A program made the position numbers and the translations under genes. From assembly GCA_038247415.1 (NCBI GenBank), contig JBBRUX010000009.1:1-64000 (forward strand): 64,000 bases of DNA, in the 5' to 3' direction. The notes below the pieces were generated by a model that was given only the letters and a program-made list of their open reading frames with translations, searched no databases and was not told the origin of the DNA. Below, piece by piece: positions 27,226 to 37,468 of this stretch (positions are counted from its first letter, which is position 1; every line of letters starts with the position of its first letter). This DNA comes from Chitinivibrionales bacterium. Lineage in GTDB: Bacteria; Fibrobacterota; Chitinivibrionia; Chitinivibrionales; WJKA01.

Positions 27226-30200
27226 TTAAAGCCCTAGCTTTTCATATTGACGAGTATTGCATGAGGCATTATTAAAATAGGGCGAAACATCGGTTTGATA
27301 AATTCCATCGAGATATATTGACGTGATACTATTTGGATCGCAATCGCCATTGTCATACCAGCGTATGCCGGTGCCTGCAAAGGTGAATGAGCAGGTGCTA
27401 CCGGGAATGTTAGATGTTTTAATTGCATCAGTGCAAATATCACTAACCCATGTTCCTGTGTAAACAAGAGAGGCGTTATCGGCATTGACCGAGATCCAAC
27501 TGATTCCGTTAAAATATTGAAGTTTGTCAATACCAGTTCCTACATTAACATTTTTAATGCGTATCGTATGCGATGGAACGTTTGTTGAAACTATAACTGT
27601 TGTGGTACTTGATTTAGCACCGCTCACTGCCTTTATTGTATACGTTCCAGCAGTATTCCCAGCAGTATAAAGACCCGTTGAAGAAATGGTGCCCCCGCCT
27701 GCAGTAACAGTCCACGTTGTGGTAGGTTGAGGTGACATTTGATTCCCAAATTGATCGAAAGCTGCATAGAATTGCTGAGTTTTGCCAGGATTTACCGTCA
27801 TGACTTTAGGGGTAACTGCAAATGTTGTTTGCGTTTGTTTTACCGTTACGGTAACTTGTGATCCTGTGCTTTGGTCAAATTTGTCTTCGATGAAAACCTC
27901 GCAAATGTACGTTCCAGCTTTATCGAATGTAACTGTCGTGTTTTTTGCAGTATTACTATTATTAGGGCTATAGGTCACAATGGATGTTGGGGTTTCTATA
28001 AACCATGAATAGGTAAGCTCAGATTCACCACCATCGTCGGACGCGAGCACCTTCAGCGCAGTTGTTTTACCAGTTACTGTAGTGGGTGTTGCGGTAGCAG
28101 CAGTAACAATAGTTGGAATTTTATTTGATGCCCAATTAACAAGAGAAAATTCATTGATCGTCCAATATGCCGACGCACCTGCAGTAAGCCAAACACGAAT
28201 ATAGCGTTTGTTTTGGGATGCAAATCCTGTTTTGGAAATGCCTGCTACTCCAGCAACGCTACTTTTAACGGTTGTCCACGTGATTTTATCGGCTGATACA
28301 TCAACGCGATACGTGCGTGGATAAGTAGTAGAGTTAGATTGATTATCCATGATTAACGAGTCGAACGTTTTTGCGCTTCCCAGATCAATCATGAACCAGT
28401 CACCCGATGCTTGATTGCGAAGGGTAGACCATGAAGAAGAAACATTTCCATCAATGCCAAGTTGAGCATTTACGGTTTGAATATTCGCCGAAGCTTTCCA
28501 CAGCGTTCGATCGAGAGTAATCAAAGAATTTGAGCAAGATCCGCTGAGGGGAACAGAAATAAGCGGAAAATCCATAGCGTTAGAAGCGACTTTCATTGTC
28601 CCGCTAAAGGTGTTGAGCGCATTGGGAGCAAATGTTCCCGTAAGAAGTGTTGAGCCGTTGGCCGGGATTGAAACCGGGGCAATTTTGTCTTGTGAAAAAA
28701 CTTTATTATCGATTGTTATAGACTGAACTGTGGTAGGCGCGTTCCCGTTATTAACGAGCATGATGCTTCGTGTAGCGCTAGTACCCAGTGGCATTGACCC
28801 AAAGCTAACGCTTACCGGAGAAACACTCGCCCGTCGAGTCGTATAGGCGCTATTAAAGAGGTACAAGCCATCTTGTCCTGAGTAAACATATTGACCAGCA
28901 ACTGTCACGGGCACGACACTGGTTCCAGACGATGGTATTGCGCACGAGGCGATAGTAACGGGGGCTATCCTGTCTGTGATGTCAAGAACTACAAAATTGG
29001 CTAGATACGGGGCAATTGTTGAATGGTTTGTAATATAGGCTAGGTTGCCAGATATCACCAATTTATCGACACTTTCTGTGACATTAAAATATGAAGATGC
29101 ATATTTTTTCGCAGGAGAGCTTGGGTTGGATATATCCCAGATTTGCAAACCGTTTGCGGTTCCCAGGTAAACATTATTCCCGTATAAAACTGCTTCTGTT
29201 AGTGTTGTAAGCGTTCCCATAGGGACTTGGCTTAGGAGTGATGGAGCCGATTTGTTTGCAACATTAAAAAGCGCAAATTGGCCATAATAAGAAACTGCAA
29301 CAGTAGATCCTTGTAAAGAAATTGATTTAGCTGCTGGTGAAGCTAATATTCCTGGAACGCTTGTGTAGGTTAGGCTTCCCATAAGGTCTGGCATCGTTGG
29401 TGATGCGAGACTATAGATAAAGAGCTGATCTCCAGATGCAAGATACAAATAGGTGTTGTCGGTAGCTAAAAATCCCGTTGAGGATGTTACTGGAGTCTCT
29501 TCTAGTAGTGCCAGAGGAGTGCTGGGGTCTGAAATGTCAAAAACTGTAATTTGACTACTATAGAATGAGTATAAGTATGAGCCAACCTTTACTGAACTTC
29601 CGCAAAGCCCATCTACCGTTGAGGCAATGATGGGGTTTGACTTATTAGTAATGTCCATCGTGACGAGTTGATAATCTAGGGAACAATACGCATAATTCCC
29701 GTTAATCAGAATGTTTGAGATTGCCGATGGGCTTGGTATTGATCCAATCGTATTCATAACGCTAATGGTAAGATCTTTGACTGTTTTTAATTCCGAATCG
29801 TCAGCAATGCAGCTTACAACATAGGTTCCCGGTTCACTGAAGATAAAATTGGTCGTAACAGTAGATGCTTTCTCAAAGAGTACGGTTCCAGGTCCACTTT
29901 TTTTCACCCATTTAGACGCAACAGGTATACCGTAGGGTAATCCATCATCCGTAATTGTAGTGCCAAGTCTGGCCACAAGACCTGTGGTGAGGTATACTGG
30001 TGATACAGGCATATTTATGATTGGAGGATTATTGTAAACGGGTGATTTTAGTTGAGTCGTTAGGATAGAAGTGCGGGACGTCCCACTTAAAGTAAATGGA
30101 ACCCCTGGAAAGTTGTTGAATGTAGTCCCTGCTTGTTCGTCAACAAACGTCATGTTGGAAACAGATAATGCAGTTGCATCATTGCTGATATCTCCAACGG

Positions 30201-31635
30201 TTAAATACCATTTCCAATTTTGCAGGTTGGTGATAAACGAAGATTCGATTAAATCGGTGTAGTCGATGGCAAAAGTTGCTTCAACGGGGCTAGTTGTTCC
30301 ATTATAACTATAATTGCTACCTATATTGCTAAAAATAAGTGGCGCCAATGTAGCAGATGCTGTTGTATTGGTTGGTACCGAAACACCAATTGACAAGGAT
30401 TGTTGAATGCGTTTTGCATGAGTCATGGTTATTTGGGCATAAGCACGAGGACGATATTGAGACCGGGCGGTAAGCCAGAAGGCTTTTTGATCAAAAATGG
30501 GAATTCGGGATGTAACACCAATGGCCCCGGGTACCATACTTGCTTTATTTAATGCGTCGTAGCTGATCCAGGCAAAACCACTATTGCCATAGCTTACACC
30601 CCAAGAGTTAGCAATCTTAAAAGCACCTTTTTCGCCATTGTTAACAACGCCGTTGTTGTTGAGATCAGCCCAAAGATTGTCGTTGTAACCCACAATAGTA
30701 AGTGCATGAGCTTGGCTGCCAAGGCTGTTTGCGTGGGCGATAAGTTGGCCAACATGTATGTCATCAGCAGATGTTGACGGATCATTTGAAATTGGAATAT
30801 ATGAGGCATTAAAGCTTTGCGAGCCAACTATAAGCACATATCCATTCGCGAGCATTTGTTTAGCATTGACAATTCCTCTTACGTCAAATTCTGGAGAAAT
30901 GGTTAAGTCTCCAAGCTGGTCGACGCGGTAATCCATGGCGCTGCGGTAAATAACCGAGTTCGTTGGCCATTTTAAAAAATTATTGCTAGCATCATCTGGC
31001 CACTCAGTGAGCGAAGGTGCACCATTTTCGAGGCTGATTCGCATAACTTTTTCGATAATTGTCCCACCATCATTGGTATTCACAAAATTATATGAAAATC
31101 GAGGCGAAAATAGCTGTTGCGGAGAAGTCCATCCTCGTGCTAAGCCCGTCATGTAGCCCAAGGCATAATAAACAACGGCATTTGGGACGCAGGTATTGCC
31201 AATTTGTTGGCGGATGGGTGGAAAATATGACGCGGTACTATTGTCAACAGCATCGGGCAGAATGGTGGTCGGATCTGCTGTCAAGGCGCTTTGGGCTGCA
31301 AGTTTTTGAGTGCCACGTGGTACGCTAGAAACATCTTGTCCCATAGGAGCAATGGTTACGCTTGAAGCGCTGATAGTGGGCTGATTCTTTTTTTTGAGCA
31401 TCTCATTAGTAAGGTCTAGTGCACGCTGGTTAGGTATAACGCTCGTTACGTGAACAAATTTAGTATTGGACCATGCAATATCTTCTGCCGTTGGAGCAAG
31501 AAGTCCCTTGGGTTGAGCTTTATCAAAAGCATCTGCAAAAAGACCGGATGCAAGACCCAAAAGTGCAATACCCATAATTGCAGACTTATTGCGCAGATGG
31601 AAATGCGTAGCACATGGATTTGAAAAAAATGACAT
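27226..31635 (-). CDS. Large secreted papain-family (C1A) cysteine protease with PKD/Ig, LVIVD repeats, ASH-like Ig, F5/8 discoidin and a C-terminal jelly-roll
   Basis: Q..GNTC, HALTIVGY and IANSWG catalytic motifs; 'DI.NP..P' LVIVD repeats; 'IDG...S.W...WFMIDLG' discoidin motif. Confidence 0.88.
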   Translation of the reverse strand: MSFFSNPCATHFHLRNKSAIMGIALLGLASGLFADAFDKAQPKGLLAPTAEDIAWSNTKFVHVTSVIPNQRALDLTNEMLKKKNQPTISASSVTIAPMGQDVSSVPRGTQKLAAQSALTADPTTILPDAVDNSTASYFPPIRQQIGNTCVPNAVVYYALGYMTGLARGWTSPQQLFSPRFSYNFVNTNDGGTIIEKVMRISLENGAPSLTEWPDDASNNFLKWPTNSVIYRSAMDYRVDQLGDLTISPEFDVRGIVNAKQMLANGYVLIVGSQSFNASYIPISNDPSTSADDIHVGQLIAHANSLGSQAHALTIVGYNDNLWADLNNNGVVNNGEKGAFKIANSWGVSYGNSGFAWISYDALNKASMVPGAIGVTSRIPIFDQKAFWLTARSQYRPRAYAQITMTHAKRIQQSLSIGVSVPTNTTASATLAPLIFSNIGSNYSYNGTTSPVEATFAIDYTDLIESSFITNLQNWKWYLTVGDISNDATALSVSNMTFVDEQAGTTFNNFPGVPFTLSGTSRTSILTTQLKSPVYNNPPIINMPVSPVYLTTGLVARLGTTITDDGLPYGIPVASKWVKKSGPGTVLFEKASTVTTNFIFSEPGTYVVSCIADDSELKTVKDLTISVMNTIGSIPSPSAISNILINGNYAYCSLDYQLVTMDITNKSNPIIASTVDGLCGSSVKVGSYLYSFYSSQITVFDISDPSTPLALLEETPVTSSTGFLATDNTYLYLASGDQLFIYSLASPTMPDLMGSLTYTSVPGILASPAAKSISLQGSTVAVSYYGQFALFNVANKSAPSLLSQVPMGTLTTLTEAVLYGNNVYLGTANGLQIWDISNPSSPAKKYASSYFNVTESVDKLVISGNLAYITNHSTIAPYLANFVVLDITDRIAPVTIASCAIPSSGTSVVPVTVAGQYVYSGQDGLYLFNSAYTTRRASVSPVSVSFGSMPLGTSATRSIMLVNNGNAPTTVQSITIDNKVFSQDKIAPVSIPANGSTLLTGTFAPNALNTFSGTMKVASNAMDFPLISVPLSGSCSNSLITLDRTLWKASANIQTVNAQLGIDGNVSSSWSTLRNQASGDWFMIDLGSAKTFDSLIMDNQSNSTTYPRTYRVDVSADKITWTTVKSSVAGVAGISKTGFASQNKRYIRVWLTAGASAYWTINEFSLVNWASNKIPTIVTAATATPTTVTGKTTALKVLASDDGGESELTYSWFIETPTSIVTYSPNNSNTAKNTTVTFDKAGTYICEVFIEDKFDQSTGSQVTVTVKQTQTTFAVTPKVMTVNPGKTQQFYAAFDQFGNQMSPQPTTTWTVTAGGGTISSTGLYTAGNTAGTYTIKAVSGAKSSTTTVIVSTNVPSHTIRIKNVNVGTGIDKLQYFNGISWISVNADNASLVYTGTWVSDICTDAIKTSNIPGSTCSFTFAGTGIRWYDNGDCDPNSITSIYLDGIYQTDVSPYFNNASCNTRQYEKLGL

Positions 31636-31826
31636 GATCCAACTCCTTGCTGAAAATTGAGAAAAATGTAAGTGATAGATCCTTTAAGTTTTGTTACTTG
31701 CTTCTCTAAATGTAATTTACTGAACACTGTAGGTGGTAATTTTTTTTAAAGGTGACAAGTTGCAATACGGACTATTTGCAATTCGTAGTTTGATTTAATT
31801 CTAATACTATTGAATTTTAAGGATAT

Positions 31827-32970
31827 ATGCAGTCTTTTCAGGATATAAAATCCCCCGACGATGACTTCCGGCGCAATGCGACCGCGATGCTTGGAAGCCG
31901 CCCACGCGTTAATGTTCTGCGCAGACTGTTTCCTTTTTTGGGTCTGGCATTTATTGCAAGCATTGCTTATGTTGATTCTGGCAACTTTGCAACGAACATA
32001 GCGGGGGGTGCCCAATTTGGCTATTTGTTACTCTGGGTTATTGTAGTTAGCAATCTCATGGCGATGCTTATCCAAACGCTTTCCGCTAAACTGGGTCTGG
32101 TTACGGGTAAAAATCTTGCAGAGCAATGCAGGGAGCGATTACCTCGTTGGTTTGTATGGGTGGTGTGGTGCATAATGGAATCGGTTGCCCTCGCTACAGA
32201 TTTGGCAGAGTTTCTTGGGGCTGCACTTGGTTTTAACCTGCTCTTTGGTTTTCCGCTTATTGTAGGAGGTTTAATTACAGCCGTTGTGACGTTTCTTATT
32301 CTTGGTTTAGAACGGTATGGATTTAGGCCTTTAGGGCGCAACGGTAATGCCACATGCAATCTTTTTGCATAGCGCGCTAACCCAAGGGCGCATTGTGGTT
32401 CGCGATCCTGTTCAGCTTAAGCGTCTCGATCGTTTTGAAATTGCCGATGTTATTATAGCGATGGTTTTGGCCGGGATGGTAAATGCAGCCATTTTAATTA
32501 TGGCTGCTGGAACATTTCATTCTACAGGGCATCAATCGATTGCTACACTCGAAGAGGCCTACAAGACACTCGAGCCTCTTTTGGGGCCTGCAGCAGCCAT
32601 ATTTTTCGGATTATCACTGCTGATGTCTGGTTTAAGTTCTTCAACGGTTGGGACAAGTGCTGGTCAGGTTATTATGCAAGGGTTTTTAAAGCAGCATATT
32701 CCGATATGGCTTCGTCGATCTATAACAATCATCCCGTCTATTGTTGTTATTGCAATTGGACTCGATTCAACACGCACGCTCGTTATGAGCCAGGTCGTTC
32801 TGAGTTTTGGTTTGCCTTTTACCATTATTCCGCTTCTCTTTTTTACGTCAAATAAATCAATAATGGGAATCTTAGTTAATAATAAAATTACAACCATTGC
32901 AATGGCTCTCATAACCATTCTTATTGTTTCTCTTAATGTTTATCTGATATTTCAATTAATCAAAGGATAG
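31827..32970 (+). pseudogene. mntH: Nramp Mn2+/Fe2+ transporter MntH disrupted by an internal deletion and frameshift near 32334
   Basis: 5' ORF has [11 protein letters not shown] and [11 protein letters not shown]; 3' frame has [13 protein letters not shown] and SQVVLSF; the segment between GFRPL and GATVMPH is missing. Confidence 0.85.
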
Positions 32971-32973
32971 CAT

Positions 32974-33888
32974 ATGTTTCGCCAAATAGTTGTGCCATTA
33001 GATGGATCGGACATGGCAGAAACCGCGCTATCACTAGCGCTATTTTGGGCCAATTTGTGCCATTCATCCATTGTGCTAGTTCATATTATCGAAAAAAATG
33101 CACCTAAAACAATTCATCATCAAAAACATTTGTCCCAGGTAGCTGATGCCGAGGAATATCTTGAAAAACTTGCCAAAACAATTCCAGAAGGAATAAAGGT
33201 AACCTGGCATGTGCATGTTGAAGGGGTTAAAAGCGTCGCTTCAGCTATAGCAGAACATGCGCTCCATGAATTTCGATCCGATTTAGTTGTCATGTGTTCG
33301 CATGGTAAAGAAAAAACACGTCGTTTGTTTTTTGGATCGCTTGCACAAAAGGTGCTTGGATCAGCCATGATGCCTGTGCTTGTTGGTTCTTCTAGCGGCA
33401 AGGATTCAAGTCCATTTTCGCTTAACACAATTCTTATTCCGCTCGATGATACTTCCGAGCATAGCGAAATCTTGCCGTTTGCTCAATCTATTGCAAAAGA
33501 GAGTGGTGCGAAAGTAATATTAGTATCCGTTATTCCTACTGTTTCAACAACTCCAGGAGGGTGGCTTCAAATTGGCCGGTTGCATCCCTCTACAACGGCA
33601 GAGCTTTACGACATTCGTGAAAATCAACAGCAAGAGCGGTTGGCGCAGCTTGAAAATGAATTTCGAGACCACGGTGTCCGGGAAATTGAATCGATGCATT
33701 TGAGAGGCGAGCCAGCCACACTTATTTTAGAGATACGTCGTCAAAAAGGAGCCGATCTTATTCTCATGGGTACCCATGGTCGCAAAGGCATGGATGCGGT
33801 GTGGCAGGGGAGTGTTGCTTCGAGAATTTTGGCAAATGCTGTAATTCCTATCCTTATTGTTCCCCTTTTAAAAAATACCAATTTGTAA
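32974..33888 (+). CDS. Tandem-domain universal stress protein
   Basis: Two USP domains: IVVPLDGS/DLVVMCSHG..GS and ILIPLD/DLILMGTHG..GSVA. Confidence 0.93.
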   Translation: MFRQIVVPLDGSDMAETALSLALFWANLCHSSIVLVHIIEKNAPKTIHHQKHLSQVADAEEYLEKLAKTIPEGIKVTWHVHVEGVKSVASAIAEHALHEFRSDLVVMCSHGKEKTRRLFFGSLAQKVLGSAMMPVLVGSSSGKDSSPFSLNTILIPLDDTSEHSEILPFAQSIAKESGAKVILVSVIPTVSTTPGGWLQIGRLHPSTTAELYDIRENQQQERLAQLENEFRDHGVREIESMHLRGEPATLILEIRRQKGADLILMGTHGRKGMDAVWQGSVASRILANAVIPILIVPLLKNTNL

Positions 33889-33904
33889 ATACAAAGAGAT
33901 TCTC

Positions 33905-35038
33905 ATGCCGTACGAAAATTCAGCGGGCACCACTTTTGATCGAATGCTCGTAACCTACCGTGTTACAACATCAGATTTGCAGACTGCACGCATTGTCGCC
34001 AGCGACATTGCAAATGAACAAACCGTAGAATGTCCGCCTGCGTGCATTCCTGAAGAAATTCTCGAAAATGCAATTGTTGGCAGAGTCGAAACAGTAAAGC
34101 AGCTTGATATCCCAGGAAAATTTCATATTGAAATCAGCTATCACCCCCACGTGACAGGCTTTTCTGTACCTCAAGTGCTTAATGTATTGTTTGGAAATAT
34201 TTCGCTTAAAAATAATGTCAGGATAATCGACCTCAATTTAGGAGAATCGCTTTATTCACATTTTTTGGGCCCGCGCTACGGCATTTCCGGATTACGAGAA
34301 ATATGTGGGGCCCACACAAGGCCTCTCGCCTGCACAGCACTCAAACCTTTGGGGTCATCGGTAGAATCTTTGGCGCACAAAGCGTATCAATTTGCACTCG
34401 GGGGAATTGATATTATCAAAGACGATCATGGTCTTGCCGATCAGTCTTTTCATCCTTTTGCACAGAGGGTGAAAAAATGTGCAGAAGCTATTGCGCTCAG
34501 TAAATCAAAAACGCTCTATATGCCCATGATTTCTGGCCGATTCGATCAGATTGAAGAGCAGATTAAATGTGTTATAGATAATGGTTTAAAGGGTATCCTT
34601 ATCGCTCCTATGCTTGTAGGGTTCGACACAGTACGCTATATTTCTCAAACATATCCTCTTGTAATCTTAGGGCATCCTTCCTGGACAGGTGGCAATTTTG
34701 CCTCCCCTGATCATGGTTTAGATCCTGCTGTGCTACTCGGCACACTTTTTAGGCTTGTGGGTGCCGATGCATCAATCTTCCCTAATTCAGGCGGACGTTT
34801 CCCTTTTACGCAACAAGAATGTTCGGATATAGCCGATGCCTTAAGAAATCCGAAGGGCGCTTGGAAACCCTCTTTTCCTAGTCCCGCAGGCGGAATGCAG
34901 CTCTCTAATGTTACCGGTCTTGTTGAGCAATTTGGACCCGATACGCTTTTGTTACTAGGGGGATCTCTTATGGAACAACCACAAGGAATAACCGCTGCTA
35001 CCCAGGAGTTTATGCAGGCATTGACTCAGTACGAGTAG
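33905..35038 (+). CDS. RuBisCO-like protein (form IV, KDDH type)
   Basis: EQT.E, FGN.S, ALKP.G, GGIDIIKDDHGL, HP, P.PAGG and GG motifs. Confidence 0.92.
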   Translation: MPYENSAGTTFDRMLVTYRVTTSDLQTARIVASDIANEQTVECPPACIPEEILENAIVGRVETVKQLDIPGKFHIEISYHPHVTGFSVPQVLNVLFGNISLKNNVRIIDLNLGESLYSHFLGPRYGISGLREICGAHTRPLACTALKPLGSSVESLAHKAYQFALGGIDIIKDDHGLADQSFHPFAQRVKKCAEAIALSKSKTLYMPMISGRFDQIEEQIKCVIDNGLKGILIAPMLVGFDTVRYISQTYPLVILGHPSWTGGNFASPDHGLDPAVLLGTLFRLVGADASIFPNSGGRFPFTQQECSDIADALRNPKGAWKPSFPSPAGGMQLSNVTGLVEQFGPDTLLLLGGSLMEQPQGITAATQEFMQALTQYE

Positions 35039-35130
35039 GAATGTTGTAAAGCTGCTGAGGAAAAGATCTCACGCACGCGAAAAGGTCTTGATTCTTTACA
35101 AAAATAGGTCTTACCATATTTGAATTCTCC

Positions 35131-35175
35131 GGTTCCCCTCTCCTGGGGGAGAGGGTGGACGAAGGCCGGGATGAG
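35131..35175. repeat. REP-like palindrome between convergent genes
   Basis: CCCTCTCC-TGGG-GGAGAGGG followed by ...CCGGGATGAG. Confidence 0.55.
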
Positions 35176-35205
35176 TTACAAAAAGATCGGGAAGCAAGAT
35201 TAAAC

Positions 35206-35676
35206 CTAGGAAATCAGCCTCATACAGCATTTCTTAAATTTAATCCCGCTGCCGCAAACACACGGGTCATTCCTGTTGATATCGGTATAATTCTTTTTAA
35301 ACGTTTCGCCTTTTATGCTGCCATCCGATCGAAACTTCTGATCGTAGTGCACCCGGCAATTTTTTATCCATCCAGGCCATGGTTTTGCTTGAGGCATGTG
35401 GCCGCTATCGCAGAGAAATTCAAAAAAGCTTATGAGCAAATCAGGAATTCCTCTCCGGATTTCGAGCGTTGCATTGAGCATGGCCATATCTTTATTGAGG
35501 ATATCATCGCATAAAGATTGGGTAAGCTCTGGCACCGTAGTGAGCCTTCTGTCTTGACACGAGCGAGAAAATGCGACAAGAATGCTTAGGGCATGTTCTT
35601 TATATAGTGGAGGAAGAATCATGAATTGTGCAGATGCGGCATATTCATCGATCCAGGTTTCGAAGTTGCTCAGCAT
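35206..35676 (-). CDS. SEC-C motif protein
   Basis: C-terminal 'INRNDPCVCGSGIKFKKCC'. Confidence 0.88.
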   Translation of the reverse strand: MLSNFETWIDEYAASAQFMILPPLYKEHALSILVAFSRSCQDRRLTTVPELTQSLCDDILNKDMAMLNATLEIRRGIPDLLISFFEFLCDSGHMPQAKPWPGWIKNCRVHYDQKFRSDGSIKGETFKKNYTDINRNDPCVCGSGIKFKKCCMRLIS

Positions 35677-35761
35677 GGTTTGCCTTAGAAAAGGGTGCGA
35701 GAGGAGGCCTCTGTGGTAAAAATATATTCAGTATGGGCCAGGAGGGGGTTTTGGATGGTTC

Positions 35762-37309
35762 TTAAAAGTCAATTATAAGAAGGGTAATGTCATCTTCTGG
35801 TGCAGTATGTGCACCACAGAATGTTTTGTGGCGCAAAAAGATTGTTTCCATAGCTTCTTTGGGAGAATGAGTGAGTCCTTCAATAACAGCGTCTTCGAGC
35901 CTAGGGAGATCAAACATCTCCTCGGCGGCATTATGACTTTCGGTAATACCGTCTGTAAAGAGAACGAGCCGATCGCACCCGGGGATGTACTCCGAAATAA
36001 TTTCATGCAGCATCATATCGGGAAAAATTCCAAGGAAAAGCCCATCGGCGCTAATATGCTCACAGGTTTTTGTGGCTTTGTTCGCGCGTAATATTGGGCA
36101 ATGGCCAGCAGATGAATGGGTAATTGTTTTGTTTCGGGTATCGACAATGGCATAAAAAACAGTAACGAAATTGTCGGTTTTAATCTCATTCATGAATGTT
36201 GTGTTAATGCGCTCAAGTGTTTTTTGGGGGGATGATTCATTGTGAGCATTGGATTTTAACACAACTTTTACCATAGACATAATAAGCGCTGATGCAATGC
36301 CATGTCCCGAAACATCGGCTACAATAATTCCATAGCGATCTTCCCCAAGCGGAAAAACATCGTAATAATCGCCGCCCACAGCAATAGCGGGAATATACCG
36401 CGCAGCGATTGTAAACGGTTTTATGTTCTGCAATTCGGAGGGCAATAACCCTTCCTGGATGCTTTTCGCTTGCTTAAGGTCGTTATTTATTTTGGTTTGC
36501 GCGATTTGAAGATCTCTGTTGACAATTCGTAATTGGTCGTTTGCAGAGGTGAGCGAGGTGTTTGCTTTTTCGAGTTCGTTTAAAATTCTAAAGTTCTCGA
36601 TAATGATGCCAGCAAAATTAAGTATTGTTGACAATGTTGAAATATCATCGCTTGTGATTGTGGTATCCGAATTGTTGCGATCTATCCAGAGCACGCCTTC
36701 GGCTTTAAAACATTGACATGCAATACATTTGGATCTCCGTTCGTTTTCGGAGAGTGCGCCCAAAAGCTCTCCCGAGCCGGGTATCGACCAGCAATAAGGG
36801 TTGAATGAACCATATGCCGGACATGTCTGTCGATTGCACGATTTATACTCCCAGCATTTTCGGCTGGCTTTAGAAATGAGGGGCATTACAATATAACGGT
36901 TGCTTGCCAAAAGCTTGCAGAATACATCATTATCAGGATCTGGCTGATCAACAATGAGATGCCTGTTGAGAAAAATTGCATCGGTTATGTCGCCACCTTC
37001 AAATCCAAGCGGTATCGAAAGGGAGGTGCGGTCGATATTTTCTATGCCCACCCACGAGTCGGGAATCAATTGAAAGTTTGGGGCATCGATTCTAAAAAGA
37101 ATAACACGGTTGAACTGCAAAATTTCAACAATGCCCAAAAGCATTGTTTTGGTGATTCCAGGAAGATCGGTAGAAGAATTCATGACCTTAACGAGCTCAT
37201 TAATAAGCGAATTGGTCATGAGCTGTAATTTAAGCTGGTCATTTTCTGCTTTGATCGATTCGATAAATAGATCGGGCTCTTGGTCTGAAGATTCTTCGGG
37301 AGGGTACAT
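35762..37309 (-). CDS. GAF + SpoIIE/PP2C Ser phosphatase (RsbU-like) with a Cys-rich insert
   Basis: VGGDYYD, ADVSGHG, LFTDGITE and DDITL motifs; GAF interrupted by CWEYKSC...CPAY...CW...CIAC. Confidence 0.92.
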   Translation of the reverse strand: MYPPEESSDQEPDLFIESIKAENDQLKLQLMTNSLINELVKVMNSSTDLPGITKTMLLGIVEILQFNRVILFRIDAPNFQLIPDSWVGIENIDRTSLSIPLGFEGGDITDAIFLNRHLIVDQPDPDNDVFCKLLASNRYIVMPLISKASRKCWEYKSCNRQTCPAYGSFNPYCWSIPGSGELLGALSENERRSKCIACQCFKAEGVLWIDRNNSDTTITSDDISTLSTILNFAGIIIENFRILNELEKANTSLTSANDQLRIVNRDLQIAQTKINNDLKQAKSIQEGLLPSELQNIKPFTIAARYIPAIAVGGDYYDVFPLGEDRYGIIVADVSGHGIASALIMSMVKVVLKSNAHNESSPQKTLERINTTFMNEIKTDNFVTVFYAIVDTRNKTITHSSAGHCPILRANKATKTCEHISADGLFLGIFPDMMLHEIISEYIPGCDRLVLFTDGITESHNAAEEMFDLPRLEDAVIEGLTHSPKEAMETIFLRHKTFCGAHTAPEDDITLLIIDF

Positions 37310-37468
37310 AAGGTGGTTCTTTATACTAAAAACAAGGTTGTATTCGCATTAATGATGCCCTTTTTTTATATTCTATCTATTTGGTTGCAGGTTTGGTAGC
37401 GAAATCCCTATTGATATTTTTGTGCAGTGTATCAAATAATTCCGTATGACACCATTTAAGGAGGTAGT

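Noticed and set aside
31755..31795. MntR/DtxR operator upstream of mntH
   Set aside because: Only weak dyad symmetry; not supportable by eye.
32320..32372. Programmed ribosomal frameshift in mntH
   Set aside because: No slippery site, and conserved coding sequence is missing, so a frameshift alone cannot restore the protein.
33905..35038. CO2-fixing RuBisCO
   Set aside because: KDDH motif, no loop-6 Lys, short length, and no prk or small subunit: this is form IV.
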